Positions 1 to 8,758 of a stretch of 64,000 bases of DNA are shown one piece after another. The stretch covers positions 83,881 to 147,880 of the forward strand of contig DATLRH010000005.1 in NCBI GenBank assembly GCA_035534755.1. Direction: 5' to 3'. Under the pieces are notes generated by a model. That model ran no database searches. It was not told the origin of the DNA and saw nothing but the letters and a program-made list of their open reading frames with translations. Positions within the stretch are counted from its first letter, which is position 1, and each line of letters opens with the position of its first letter. Made by a program: the position numbers and the translations under genes. Origin of the DNA: Candidatus Dormiibacterota bacterium. Lineage in GTDB: Bacteria > Chloroflexota > Dormibacteria > Aeolococcales > Bog-877.

Positions 1-428
1 TGGAGGACGCTGTGTCCGCCACCCGAGCCGCAGTCGAAGAGGGAATCGTTCCCGGCGGGGGCACCGTCTTGCTGCTCGCCCAGACGGCATTGGACAAGGT
101 CAAGTTGGAAGGCGACGAGCAGATCGGGGTGACCATCGTTCGCCGGGCGCTTGAGGAGCCCGCGCGCCAGATCGCCAACAATGCCGGGGCCGAGGGATCG
201 GTGGTCGTGGAGCGAGTCCGCGGTCTTCCGGTAGGCCACGGGTACAACGCCGCGACCGGCGAGTTCGTCGACATGGTCAAGGCGGGCATCATCGACCCGA
301 CCAAGGTGACCCGGTCCGCGGTCCAGAACGCGGCCTCGATCGCTGGGCTCCTGCTGACCACCGAGTCCTTGATCACCGACATCCCGGAGAAGAAGGGAGC
401 TGCCGCTCCCCCGATGCCCGAGTACTGA
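1..428 (+). CDS. groL: Chaperonin GroEL (60 kDa), C-terminal fragment; 5' end lies outside the window
   Basis: Translation ...[15 protein letters not shown]...[32 protein letters not shown]... matches the conserved GroEL equatorial C-terminal region; ends with a Gly/Pro/Met-rich tail. Confidence 0.9.
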   Translation, partial: EDAVSATRAAVEEGIVPGGGTVLLLAQTALDKVKLEGDEQIGVTIVRRALEEPARQIANNAGAEGSVVVERVRGLPVGHGYNAATGEFVDMVKAGIIDPTKVTRSAVQNAASIAGLLLTTESLITDIPEKKGAAAPPMPEY

Positions 429-461
429 GAATCTGACCGGCCTCCGGGCCGGCGCGTCTTC

Positions 462-504
462 AGGGGCGGGGAGGCCATCGGGCCGCCCCGCCCCTAACTT
501 TTGC
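462..504 (+). terminator. Rho-independent terminator after groEL
   Basis: GC-rich inverted repeat AGGGGCGGGG...CCCCGCCCCT followed by AACTTTTG immediately 3' of the groEL stop. Confidence 0.5.
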
Positions 505-562
505 CTGGAGGCTCGAGGCGCCGTCCCCCGGCCCCCGGCGGCCGGCGCCTGGCAGGCAGGGG

Positions 563-1285
563 TTACCCGGACCGGGTCCACCCAGGCAGAGCCCGGACGG
601 GCGCCAGGTCGGGGTCGCGAGCAGCGTTCTGGACGAGATCGGAGTTGAGCGAGACCGCCAGAGTCACCTCAGTCATGGCGTCCTCGGTCCGGCCGACTCG
701 GGCCATGGCGCACGCGAGCGCGTAGCGGGCCATTCCCAGGGCGGGCCTGGGCAACCGGACCGCCTCGGCCAACGCCACAGCGGAGCCGTGCAGCCGCAGG
801 GCACGCTCCCCCTGACCCCGGCTCAGCCAGTGCTCACCCAGGTGGCCGCCTGGATGCCAGAAACCCCGGACCACCACCTGGAGCCACAGCTGACGACCAT
901 GCAGCCATGGGTTTCGGCCCGGGTCGGTGAGATCAGAATCCGGGAGGTCCCAGAGCAGGTGCACCAGCTCGGCCGTGGTCGAGAGGCTCCCGGCTAGGAC
1001 CTGGTCGGAGTTCGGTCGGGCGAATCTGTGAAAGATCTCCGAAGACGTGTGGTCGGTCTCCGCAAAGGAGGGCCGGGTTTCACCAGCGAGGACCGCCCGG
1101 AGACGGACGACCTGCTGTGACTTGAACTCGGTGCTGTGGGCGATCAGGGCTGAGAGCGGCCAGTCCTGGGGAGTACCCGGTCGCGCCCTATCCTCTCCCG
1201 ATTCGCCGAGCAGGGCCGCTTCCTCGGCGCCGGCGACGAGCCGCACCATGGCTCCGATCGATTCTCTCAGTTCAGAACCTGGCAC
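563..1285 (-). CDS. Hypothetical protein, possibly DinB/mycothiol-dependent maleylpyruvate isomerase N-terminal-domain-like
   Basis: 240-aa ORF with coding-like GC3 bias; N-terminal segment PGTPQDWPLSALIAHS resembles the W...AH signature of MDMPI_N/DinB_2 proteins; weak assignment. Confidence 0.3.
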   Translation of the reverse strand: MPGSELRESIGAMVRLVAGAEEAALLGESGEDRARPGTPQDWPLSALIAHSTEFKSQQVVRLRAVLAGETRPSFAETDHTSSEIFHRFARPNSDQVLAGSLSTTAELVHLLWDLPDSDLTDPGRNPWLHGRQLWLQVVVRGFWHPGGHLGEHWLSRGQGERALRLHGSAVALAEAVRLPRPALGMARYALACAMARVGRTEDAMTEVTLAVSLNSDLVQNAARDPDLAPVRALPGWTRSG

Positions 1286-1891
1286 GCTTCACCTCGTAGG
1301 GCGGCTTTCGCCTGTGCTTCCGATCCCGTTGCATTCGCGATCGACGGGGCATCCTGCCGGCGGCGGGCACGGATCTGGACCGGCCCCGGGACGGCGGCGA
1401 TCTCCACCGGGTTGAGGTCGGCGAGCGCGAGTCGCTGGCGAAGACCTCGGGGTCGCACCGGAGTGCAGGTGTCTCCCAGATGGATGAGGCGAAAGCGCCA
1501 ACTACCGGCGGCGTCGCGGGCGACGAATAGCCCGCCCGGGGTCAGCACTCGGCCCACCTCAGCAAATAGTCGATCCTGAGCTTCTGCGTCGACCAAGTGG
1601 TGGAGCATGGTGAAGCAGGCGACTGCTGAGAAGCTGGCGTCTACGAAGGGCAGCTGGGCGGCGTCGCCGTGGACGACGTTCAGCGTCGGGCCAAACTCCC
1701 CGCGCAGGAAAGCGACCGTAGTGAGGATCGTTTTCCAAGGCGACCAGGTCGGGCGCCTGGTGGATGAGTGCTCTGGTGCTGGACCCGTATCCGGGTCCCA
1801 GTTCCAGAACCCGAGCGCCCAAGACCGCGTCGTGGAGCGCCTGCGGAAGCATCTCGCCGCGACGTAGCCAGCCCAGCGTGGGGACCGGCAA
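1267..1891 (-). pseudogene. Class I SAM-dependent methyltransferase interrupted by a single-base frameshift (or sequencing indel)
   Basis: Motif I (VLELGPGYGSSTRAL...DLVALENDP) is in the frame of ORF 1559..1891; downstream motifs (NVVHGDAAQLPFVDASFSAVACF...GRVLTPGGLFV) are in the frame of ORF 1267..1914; the two frames differ by 1 nt with the junction near 1700-1725. Confidence 0.5.
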
Positions 1892-1971
1892 AGACTGTGA
1901 TGGTATCGATTCACTTCTTTCCGTTGATCTCGAGGCGCAACGTCATACTACCAGGAGTGTAGCATTGCTAT

Positions 1972-1985
1972 TACTCTCGAGAGTA
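1972..1985. promoter_or_regulatory. Perfect 14-bp palindrome TACTCTCGAGAGTA; candidate TetR operator in the divergent methyltransferase/tetR intergenic region
   Basis: Perfect inverted repeat centred in the ~125-bp, relatively AT-rich spacer between the divergent genes. Confidence 0.35.
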
Positions 1986-2015
1986 CGCAGTGTTTCGGAC
2001 GGGTATCATGGCGCG

Positions 2016-2615
2016 ATGGCCAAGGCTGAGCGCTCACGAAACGGGGCCGAGGCCGCTCGCGCACAGCCCGCCCGGGTTCGGGACCAGCGCCTGCTTCAGG
2101 CCGCGGTCGCGGTGCTGGCCAAGTCCGGGTGGGACGGCCTTACGATGGATGCGGTCGCCAAGGAGGCCGGACTCTCTAGGGTCACCGCGTGGCGCCTGGG
2201 CGCGACTCGGGAGGCCCTGGTGAGCGCGCTGCTTCTGAACCTGGAAGAGGACTACCGCCGGGCGCTCTGGCCGGCCCTCACGGAAGAGGGATCGGCCCGA
2301 GAACGGCTGGCTCTCGCCCTGCGGGCGCTATTCGACGTCGCCGAGGCGCACCTCCCGTTGCTTATGGCCTCGGATCAGGTCTTTCACCGTGCTAGCCTCG
2401 GCGGGCTGAATTTCAATGAGCCGTTCTCGCGACTATTTCGGGACGGCTTGGAGGACGGTAGCCTGGCGTCACCGGGCGGCGATCCCGATCAGGCCGCCGA
2501 CCTGCTCTTCAACACCGCCTGCTGGCCGTATGTTCACCTCCGGGGCCGGCATCGTTGGGACCGGGAGAAGCTCGCCTCCATGCTGGTTGCCGTGCTCATG
2601 CCCAAGGCGGAATGA
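2016..2615 (+). CDS. TetR family transcriptional regulator
   Basis: N-terminal HTH (LLQAAVAVLAKSGWDGLTMDAVAKEAGLSRVTAWRL) typical of TetR_N; ~200 aa; start taken at MAKAERS because the upstream in-frame extension looks non-coding. Confidence 0.75.
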   Translation: MAKAERSRNGAEAARAQPARVRDQRLLQAAVAVLAKSGWDGLTMDAVAKEAGLSRVTAWRLGATREALVSALLLNLEEDYRRALWPALTEEGSARERLALALRALFDVAEAHLPLLMASDQVFHRASLGGLNFNEPFSRLFRDGLEDGSLASPGGDPDQAADLLFNTACWPYVHLRGRHRWDREKLASMLVAVLMPKAE

Positions 2616-2716
2616 TCCGCTCGACTGGGGAGGACTCGGATCCGTCTCGCGCCCCATAGAATCCCTACCCCGGCGGCTCCAGATCGGCGGTCCCGGATCC
2701 GAGGAGGAACCATAGG

Positions 2717-3223
2717 GTGTCGTCGAGGCGTCCTGATCCTGAAGCAGAAGCGCTGGCCGAGCGCTGGGTCGGCCTGTACGGGGATCTAGCCTTGCGAACC
2801 GCCTACCTATTCCTTCGCGATCAGGGTCTTGCCGAGGACTGCGTCCAGGACGCCTTCGTGAGCGCGTGGCGGGCCCGCTCCAGCCTGCGCGACCCCGGGG
2901 CCGAACGCGCTTGGCTGATGACGATCGTGGCCAACACTGCCCGCTCACACCTCCGCCGCCGGATCCCCATCCCAACCGACACCCTCCCCGCTGATCCCTC
3001 CACTCACGACCCGTTCGACGAGCTGGCCCTTTCGGCCGACCTGGGACTGGCACTGGACCAGCTGCCGTCCGACCAGCGCGAGGTGATCGTGCTTCGGGTC
3101 TACCTCGATCTCTCGGTCGAGGAAACCGCCCGCGCCCTCAGAGTGGCCGAGGGTACTGTGAAGTCCCGACTAAGCCGCGCCTTGGAGGCCCTTCGCCTGA
3201 TATGGACCCCGACGACCGACTGA
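2717..3223 (+). CDS. ECF (sigma-70 family) RNA polymerase sigma factor
   Basis: Region 2 (DCVQDAFVSAWRA) and region 4 HTH (LDLSVEETARALRVAEGTVKSRLSRA); GTG start. Confidence 0.8.
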   Translation: MSSRRPDPEAEALAERWVGLYGDLALRTAYLFLRDQGLAEDCVQDAFVSAWRARSSLRDPGAERAWLMTIVANTARSHLRRRIPIPTDTLPADPSTHDPFDELALSADLGLALDQLPSDQREVIVLRVYLDLSVEETARALRVAEGTVKSRLSRALEALRLIWTPTTD

Positions 3224-3903
3224 CGGACCAGGTGCGCGAAGAGCTCCGCCGCTCCTTGAGCGAGATGCGACTGCACCCGGAATTCCGCGAGGAGCTGAAG
3301 GGGAGGCTCCTGGCGACGCCGGCCCGCGGGTGGCGCCGTTGGGTGGCCGCCTGGCCGGCGGTGAGCCACCATCCCGGGGCGGTGGCGGGCGTTGCCCTGG
3401 CGGCGATTGTGGTCGCGGTCGGGCTTCCCCTTGCGGCCGTCCTACACCAGCACTCAACGACCAGCCCGCGCTACCTGGTGACAATTTCGCCCCGACTCGG
3501 CGCCGGGGCCAACCGCGCCGCAGTCGCCGCCCCAGCCACGTGCTCTGGGAAGACCGTTCATCTGAGTGTCTCCCCGGCCCGGGCCACGCTCGCCGCAGGT
3601 CAGGGCGTCCAGTTCGAGGTTACCGAGACCGGAGCCGCCTGCCTACTCGACGCGACGGTCGCGGGTCCGTCGGCGGCCGGCCTCTCGATCGTTCCCACCT
3701 CACTGTCATCGGCAACCCCGAACGGGGCTTCCTTCCGGGTCAGCTGGTCCGGCCGTCCGGCGGCGACTGCGGCGGGGACCAAGTCGAGCGTGTCGGCAGG
3801 CTCGGGACCCGGGCGCCAGCTAGCCCCGGGTGTCTACCGGGTGACCGTGAGCGCGGCACCGTCGGGACCCCGGGTGATCATCTCGATCACGATCACGGGG
3901 TAG
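3202..3903 (+). CDS. Putative anti-sigma factor (single-pass membrane protein) cognate to the upstream ECF sigma
   Basis: Overlaps the sigma gene by 22 nt; short N-terminal cytoplasmic helix region, one TM helix (VAGVALAAIVVAVGLPLAAVL), Ala/Ser/Thr-rich extracytoplasmic domain. Confidence 0.5.
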   Translation: MDPDDRLTDQVREELRRSLSEMRLHPEFREELKGRLLATPARGWRRWVAAWPAVSHHPGAVAGVALAAIVVAVGLPLAAVLHQHSTTSPRYLVTISPRLGAGANRAAVAAPATCSGKTVHLSVSPARATLAAGQGVQFEVTETGAACLLDATVAGPSAAGLSIVPTSLSSATPNGASFRVSWSGRPAATAAGTKSSVSAGSGPGRQLAPGVYRVTVSAAPSGPRVIISITITG

Positions 3904-3992
3904 TGTCACTGCTACCGCCCCTGTCCCCTCCTGGCGCCTGGGCGGGGAAGGACGGGGCACTCCGCGGTCATGGGTGACAATGGCCTCGAACC

Positions 3993-4820
3993 ATGGCCGC
4001 GATCCTCACCCTCCTGACCGACTTTGGCTCGACCGACGGATACGCGGGCGCGCTTGAAGGAGCTATCGCGCGGGTATCACCCACGCTTCGGGTGGTCACG
4101 ATCACCCACGGGGTCCCCTCCCACGACATCGGAGCGGGCGCCTACTGGCTCGGGGCATCGGCGCCCGCCTTTCCCCACGGCACAGTCCACTGCGTCGTGG
4201 TGGACCCCGGGGTCGGCACCGAGCGGCCCCTAGTGGCGGCCCGGGTTGACCATCAGATCGTCGTCGCCCCTGACAACGGACTGCTTCACTTCCTATGGGG
4301 CCGCGGCCAGGACCGGGTGGCCGTCCGGGTTGACACCTCGGGACTCGACCGCTCCCGGATCAGCTCGACCTTTCACGGCCGCGACGTGATCGGCCCGCTG
4401 GCCGCACGGCTCGCCGTCGGGGCCGCTCGTTTCGAGAATCTCGGGCCCAAAATTCCAAGCCCGCAGCTGATGAGTGAGTTCCTACCCCAGGGCGATTCCT
4501 CGGGCACCACCGCCCGAGTCTTGGTCGTCGACCGGTTCGGCAACATCATCTTGGCGGTGTCACGTACTCCTTGGTACACGCCGATGCCGGCCAGCGTCTC
4601 ACTCGGTGGCGGCCGGGTGATCTCCCAGTTGGTGCGCACCTACGGGGAGATCACGGATGACTTCGCCATGCTGTGGAATAGCGCCGACCATCTGGAGATC
4701 GCCGGCAAAGCGGTGAACGCCGCCGACCGCTTGCACCTCCTCCCGGGCGATCTCGTTCGGGTGGCCTGGGCGACACTCTCTGAGGTGCTCCCGGCGAGCT
4801 CGCGTTCGGCCACCTCATGA
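3993..4820 (+). CDS. SAM hydroxide adenosyltransferase family protein (DUF62; fluorinase/chlorinase-like fold)
   Basis: N-terminal LTLLTDFGSTDGYAGALEGAI and overall ~275-aa architecture characteristic of DUF62/SalL-like proteins. Confidence 0.75.
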   Translation: MAAILTLLTDFGSTDGYAGALEGAIARVSPTLRVVTITHGVPSHDIGAGAYWLGASAPAFPHGTVHCVVVDPGVGTERPLVAARVDHQIVVAPDNGLLHFLWGRGQDRVAVRVDTSGLDRSRISSTFHGRDVIGPLAARLAVGAARFENLGPKIPSPQLMSEFLPQGDSSGTTARVLVVDRFGNIILAVSRTPWYTPMPASVSLGGGRVISQLVRTYGEITDDFAMLWNSADHLEIAGKAVNAADRLHLLPGDLVRVAWATLSEVLPASSRSATS

Positions 4821-5551
4821 ACCGGCATTCAGCGGCCACCGCGGCGCAAGCGCGGGGGCTCGACGGGGCCGCGAATGACCTGGGAGTTTCCCCGGAGGAA
4901 CTGATGGCCGTCGCCGGGTTCCAGTGCGCGCGGCTGGCCCTCCGGCTCCTCGCCAACCCACACGACCCTCGTACCGTGGCAGTCCTGGCGGGTCGCGGCA
5001 ACAACGGCGGTGATGCTCTCGGCTGCGCGCGCCATTTGGCCCGCTGGGGCTGCGAGGTCAGGGCCCTGACTTGGGCCAGTGACACCGATCCCCGGAGCAG
5101 TTCAGCCCGCCAGGTCCACGCCGCACAGGAAAGCGGGGTCGAGATCCGGGTACCCGGTGGAGCCGCGGAAGGAGACCTGGCCTGGGCAACTCGAGGAGCG
5201 GCCCTCCTGGTCGACGGCTTGTTGGGCACGGGCAGTCGTGGCGCTCCTCGCGAGGAGATCGCGATCGCAATCGCTGCCGCCAACCTTTCGGGAGCGCGGA
5301 TTCTGGCAGTGGACTTGCCAAGCGGGCTGGACGCGGACACTGGGAGGGCCGCTGGCGAGTGCGTTCGCGCTCGTTTCACGCTCATGTTGGCGGCGCCCAA
5401 GTTGGGATGTCTCGCTGCGCGGGCCCGCCAGTTCGTCGGCGAGCTCTGGCTGGCTGACATTGGCGCGCCCGCCGGTGCTTACCTGGCCGTCGAGCTCGAC
5501 CCACCAACCTTTGTCGGCGACGGCGGCCTGGGGCGAGTGCAGGCTGCTTAG
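4817..5551 (+). CDS. NAD(P)H-hydrate epimerase (YjeF N-terminal domain protein)
   Basis: LAGRGNNGGDAL motif of YjeF_N/Nnr epimerase domain; ATGA start/stop overlap with the upstream DUF62 gene. Confidence 0.7.
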   Translation: MNRHSAATAAQARGLDGAANDLGVSPEELMAVAGFQCARLALRLLANPHDPRTVAVLAGRGNNGGDALGCARHLARWGCEVRALTWASDTDPRSSSARQVHAAQESGVEIRVPGGAAEGDLAWATRGAALLVDGLLGTGSRGAPREEIAIAIAAANLSGARILAVDLPSGLDADTGRAAGECVRARFTLMLAAPKLGCLAARARQFVGELWLADIGAPAGAYLAVELDPPTFVGDGGLGRVQAA

Positions 5552-5815
5552 CCCGCGGGGAACACGGCGGGTTGGTCGACCCATAGCCCCGGCCCATGGG
5601 CACGCCGACTCTTCCGAGTGCCAGAGTCATGCGGAGACCGGTCCCGGCTCCCGGTGGACAGCCTGCGAGCGGGCTAAAGACTCTTGCCTGAGCGACCACC
5701 CAATAGCGCCAGGACCGGCCGCGCCGGCGTCAGGCCAGATCCAGGAGGGCCGGTTGCGCCCGGACCGCGTGCGGGTTATGCTTGCCCCAGCTCGCGTGTC
5801 CATACACGCAACGTC

Positions 5816-6337
5816 ATGAATACCGTCCTAGAAAGACCGCAGATCGCCGCGAGCACGCTGGAAGGTTTGGTGCGCCAGCATCTCGATTCCCTGGTCACCT
5901 ACGCCCTTCACCTCACCGGGACGGCCGAGGATGCCGTCGAATACGTGACTGCGGGACTCTTTCACGCCCGGCAGTTCCCAGCCGCCGCGCTGGAGCGCGA
6001 CGGGCGGGCGATCCTCTATCGAGCCGTGACGCGTGCCGCCCGCCAGAACCAGCACTATCCCCCGCAGCGGCGCGGGGTCGCCCGCTTCTTCTCCAAGCGT
6101 CCCCCGTTGATCAGTCTGGGTCCGGCCGCCGCCGACGCGGGTCGGATCAACACCGCCAAGAGGGCCTTGTTAGCGACCGAGTTCAGTCGCCGCGCATCCT
6201 TGCTGCTGCGCGACCTAGCCAAGCTGTCCTATCGCGAGATTGGGGTGGCGATGGAGTGTTCCCCGGAGGCGGCGTCCCGCCTGGTGGCCTCGGCGCGTCG
6301 GGAGTTTGGCAGCATCTATCGCGATATCTCGATATGA
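5816..6337 (+). CDS. Sigma-70 family (ECF-like) sigma factor
   Basis: Region 4 HTH LLLRDLAKLSYREIGVAMECSPEAASRLVASARREF and a region-2-like N-terminus; ATG at 5816 chosen because the upstream in-frame stretch is Pro/Arg-rich. Confidence 0.65.
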   Translation: MNTVLERPQIAASTLEGLVRQHLDSLVTYALHLTGTAEDAVEYVTAGLFHARQFPAAALERDGRAILYRAVTRAARQNQHYPPQRRGVARFFSKRPPLISLGPAAADAGRINTAKRALLATEFSRRASLLLRDLAKLSYREIGVAMECSPEAASRLVASARREFGSIYRDISI

Positions 6338-7914
6338 AATGCAGCCTGCTGACCCTGAGCTGCGCCCTCGACGGGGAGCTTTCCCGCGAACGTCAGCTTG
6401 ATCTCGACGCTCATTTGGTCACCTGCGAACGGTGCAAGACTGGGATGAGGTATCTCCGCGAGGAGACCGAGCGCGTTTCCCTGCTCGCCGCAGTCAGGTT
6501 GGCGCCAGACAAGGCGACCGCACTGCTAGAGCGCAGCCGGATCCTGGTCTCTGGAGACGTGCACCCGGGGAGCGAATACGCGGGGGTTCCTGGACAGGCG
6601 GTCCCCCAGCCCCAGCTCCCCGCGCCTGATCCGTTCGGCGCGCTCGGGATCGGGGCGGCAATTCTGGAAGCCGCCCCCGAACCGGACCCGGGTTCCGTCC
6701 CGGCGACGGATGACTCGCCGGAACGGCCCCCCTCCGCAGTCATCCCGGAGGCGGAGACGGTGACGGAGGCGGTGACGGAGGAATCGGAGCTGGAACAGGG
6801 CAGCGCGTTCGAGGCCGAGCAGGCCGACCTCTCGTCTGCTGACGCGTTCGCCGCGGTTCCAGAGGTGCTGTGGCTGATGGACACCCCCGAGGAGCCGGCC
6901 GCCGAGGACCCGACGGAAAGTCCCGGCGCCGCGGGGCTCCCGGTGCCACGTGAGCCCTCGGACATCTTCTCGGGCCCAGCAGAGCCGTCCCCTTCGGCGG
7001 AACCCTCCGCGATCCCCGACCACGAACCGGAAACGGTGTCTCGTCCCAGCTCGATGGTAGTGCCCGGCTGGGAACCCGCGACCGAACTCAAGATGCCGTG
7101 GGAGGACATCCCGTCCGCCGCGCCCGCCCACGACACCTGGACTCCCGAGCTGGCCGGCGTCCCGGTTTCAAGGGAGAGTCCCCTGCCACCACCGGCGCCC
7201 TTCCCGGCGGCGCCCCCCGCCCGGCCTGCTGCCGCGGCCGTGCCGAAGCTCCAATCCGACCCGAAGCGGCCGGGATTCGACCGGGGAATTCCGAAAGGGA
7301 CCGCTGGGGGCGGTCGACGGCCGGTTCCCCCCAAGCCAGGAAGCAACGGCGCTGAGCCGCGCAGCTGGACCCGGACCGGGCTGATCGCTGTGGCGGCCCT
7401 CGCCGTGGTGCTGATCCTCTGGAACATCACCCATGGCCCGGGCCAGAAAGCTGTCCCCCCTCCCCGCGGCCAGGCGAGCCCCGCTGCCACGGCGACGCCC
7501 CGCCCATCGGCTACCGCCACACCGTCGACCACGGCCCCGCAGCTGACTCTCACGGGCACCCAGACGCTCGGGAGCGGAGGCACCGGCTACCAGGTCCAGA
7601 GCGTGCAATACGGAGTGCACGGGTCTCAGTTCTGGGTGGTCATCCACTTCACCGGCGGCACAGGGGTGCCTACCATCACCTCTGGATTCGACGGCGCTCA
7701 GACCATCTACCTGGAGATGCAGGGGGTCGCGCCCGGAACCGCGGTCGCGCAGCCGGCGGCCGGAAGCTTGGTATCCAGCGTCGAGGTGGGCCATGTCGCC
7801 GGGTTCAAGGGCGCCGTGTATGTTCTCCAACTCAGCCGCGCGGCCCAGATCTCGCCCTCGGAGCTGACCGGCAGCGAGGCTGGGGCACCGGGCTACTTGG
7901 CAATCATCCAGTAG
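6334..7914 (+). CDS. Zinc-binding (ZAS-type) anti-sigma factor. It has a long disordered acidic/Pro-rich linker, a single TM helix and a C-terminal extracytoplasmic beta-domain
   Basis: ATGA overlap with the sigma gene; N-terminal LSCALDGELS...HLVTCERCK with an H-x3-C-x2-C ZAS motif; TM GLIAVAALAVVLILWNI; C-terminal ~130-aa Gly/Thr/Val-rich domain. Confidence 0.55.
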   Translation: MKCSLLTLSCALDGELSRERQLDLDAHLVTCERCKTGMRYLREETERVSLLAAVRLAPDKATALLERSRILVSGDVHPGSEYAGVPGQAVPQPQLPAPDPFGALGIGAAILEAAPEPDPGSVPATDDSPERPPSAVIPEAETVTEAVTEESELEQGSAFEAEQADLSSADAFAAVPEVLWLMDTPEEPAAEDPTESPGAAGLPVPREPSDIFSGPAEPSPSAEPSAIPDHEPETVSRPSSMVVPGWEPATELKMPWEDIPSAAPAHDTWTPELAGVPVSRESPLPPPAPFPAAPPARPAAAAVPKLQSDPKRPGFDRGIPKGTAGGGRRPVPPKPGSNGAEPRSWTRTGLIAVAALAVVLILWNITHGPGQKAVPPPRGQASPAATATPRPSATATPSTTAPQLTLTGTQTLGSGGTGYQVQSVQYGVHGSQFWVVIHFTGGTGVPTITSGFDGAQTIYLEMQGVAPGTAVAQPAAGSLVSSVEVGHVAGFKGAVYVLQLSRAAQISPSELTGSEAGAPGYLAIIQ

Positions 7915-8066
7915 CCCGATTTCGAAGTCCAGCGCGCTGGGCGCCGGGCCGATGGGGCTTTCGGCAGCCTGCTCTAGGCCCCGACGCAAGGCCACGAGTC
8001 GGGCCGGCCTGACCCCGCTCGGAACGCCCCCAAGCTGCGGCTGGAGCGAAGGCCCGGGAGAAGCGG

Positions 8067-8720
8067 TCAGTTGCGGCCATAGGTGGGTGGCGAGGAGGAG
8101 GTGTTCGCCAGTTTAAGGTCGAGCATGGTTATCTCCCGATTCAAAAGCTCAATCTCCTGGCGCAGCCGGTGGCTGACGATCGACTGCTCCAGCAGGCGCT
8201 GCTTGTGGGCCAGCTCGACCATCAGAGTTGAGGCGATCACCCAGGAGAGGAGAAGCGGGTCGCTGGGTAGGGGATTGACGCCTGCCGACCGAGCCGTGAG
8301 GCGGGAAAGCCCTCCCGTGTAGCGGGTCAGGGCGAGGCGAGCCTGACTGGCCAGGATGAAGGCGGCCGGGTCCGGAGTCTGGTCTTCCAGAAGGTCCACG
8401 GAAGCTCGCGGATAAGGGCGCCCGGGTACCAACTCCTTGATGCGGAAGCGCTGGGCACCGGTCACCTCCAGGCGGCTCCTGCCCTCGGGAGACGGTCGCA
8501 CGGTTCTGATCACCGCGACCGTGCCCACCGATTCCGGGTCCGCCGGCCCGGCGACTTCCTCCCCGCGCCGAATCGCCACCACGCCGAACCTCTCGCCCGA
8601 CTCCTGACAGTCGCGCACCAGCGACTGGTAGCGCGGTTCGAAGACGTGGAGAGAGAGCGGCATGTGGGGGTAGAGGACCACACGGAGCGGGAACAGGGCC
8701 AGCTCAGCCACGGTCGCCAA
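8067..8720 (-). CDS. LON N-terminal (substrate-binding) domain-only protein
   Basis: N-terminus LALFPLRVVLYPHMPLSLHVFEPRY matches the Lon N-terminal domain signature; no ATPase or protease domains. Confidence 0.7.
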   Translation of the reverse strand: MATVAELALFPLRVVLYPHMPLSLHVFEPRYQSLVRDCQESGERFGVVAIRRGEEVAGPADPESVGTVAVIRTVRPSPEGRSRLEVTGAQRFRIKELVPGRPYPRASVDLLEDQTPDPAAFILASQARLALTRYTGGLSRLTARSAGVNPLPSDPLLLSWVIASTLMVELAHKQRLLEQSIVSHRLRQEIELLNREITMLDLKLANTSSSPPTYGRN

Positions 8721-8758
8721 GGATGTGGTTCACCCCGCGACGGCCAACCGGTTGCGCC

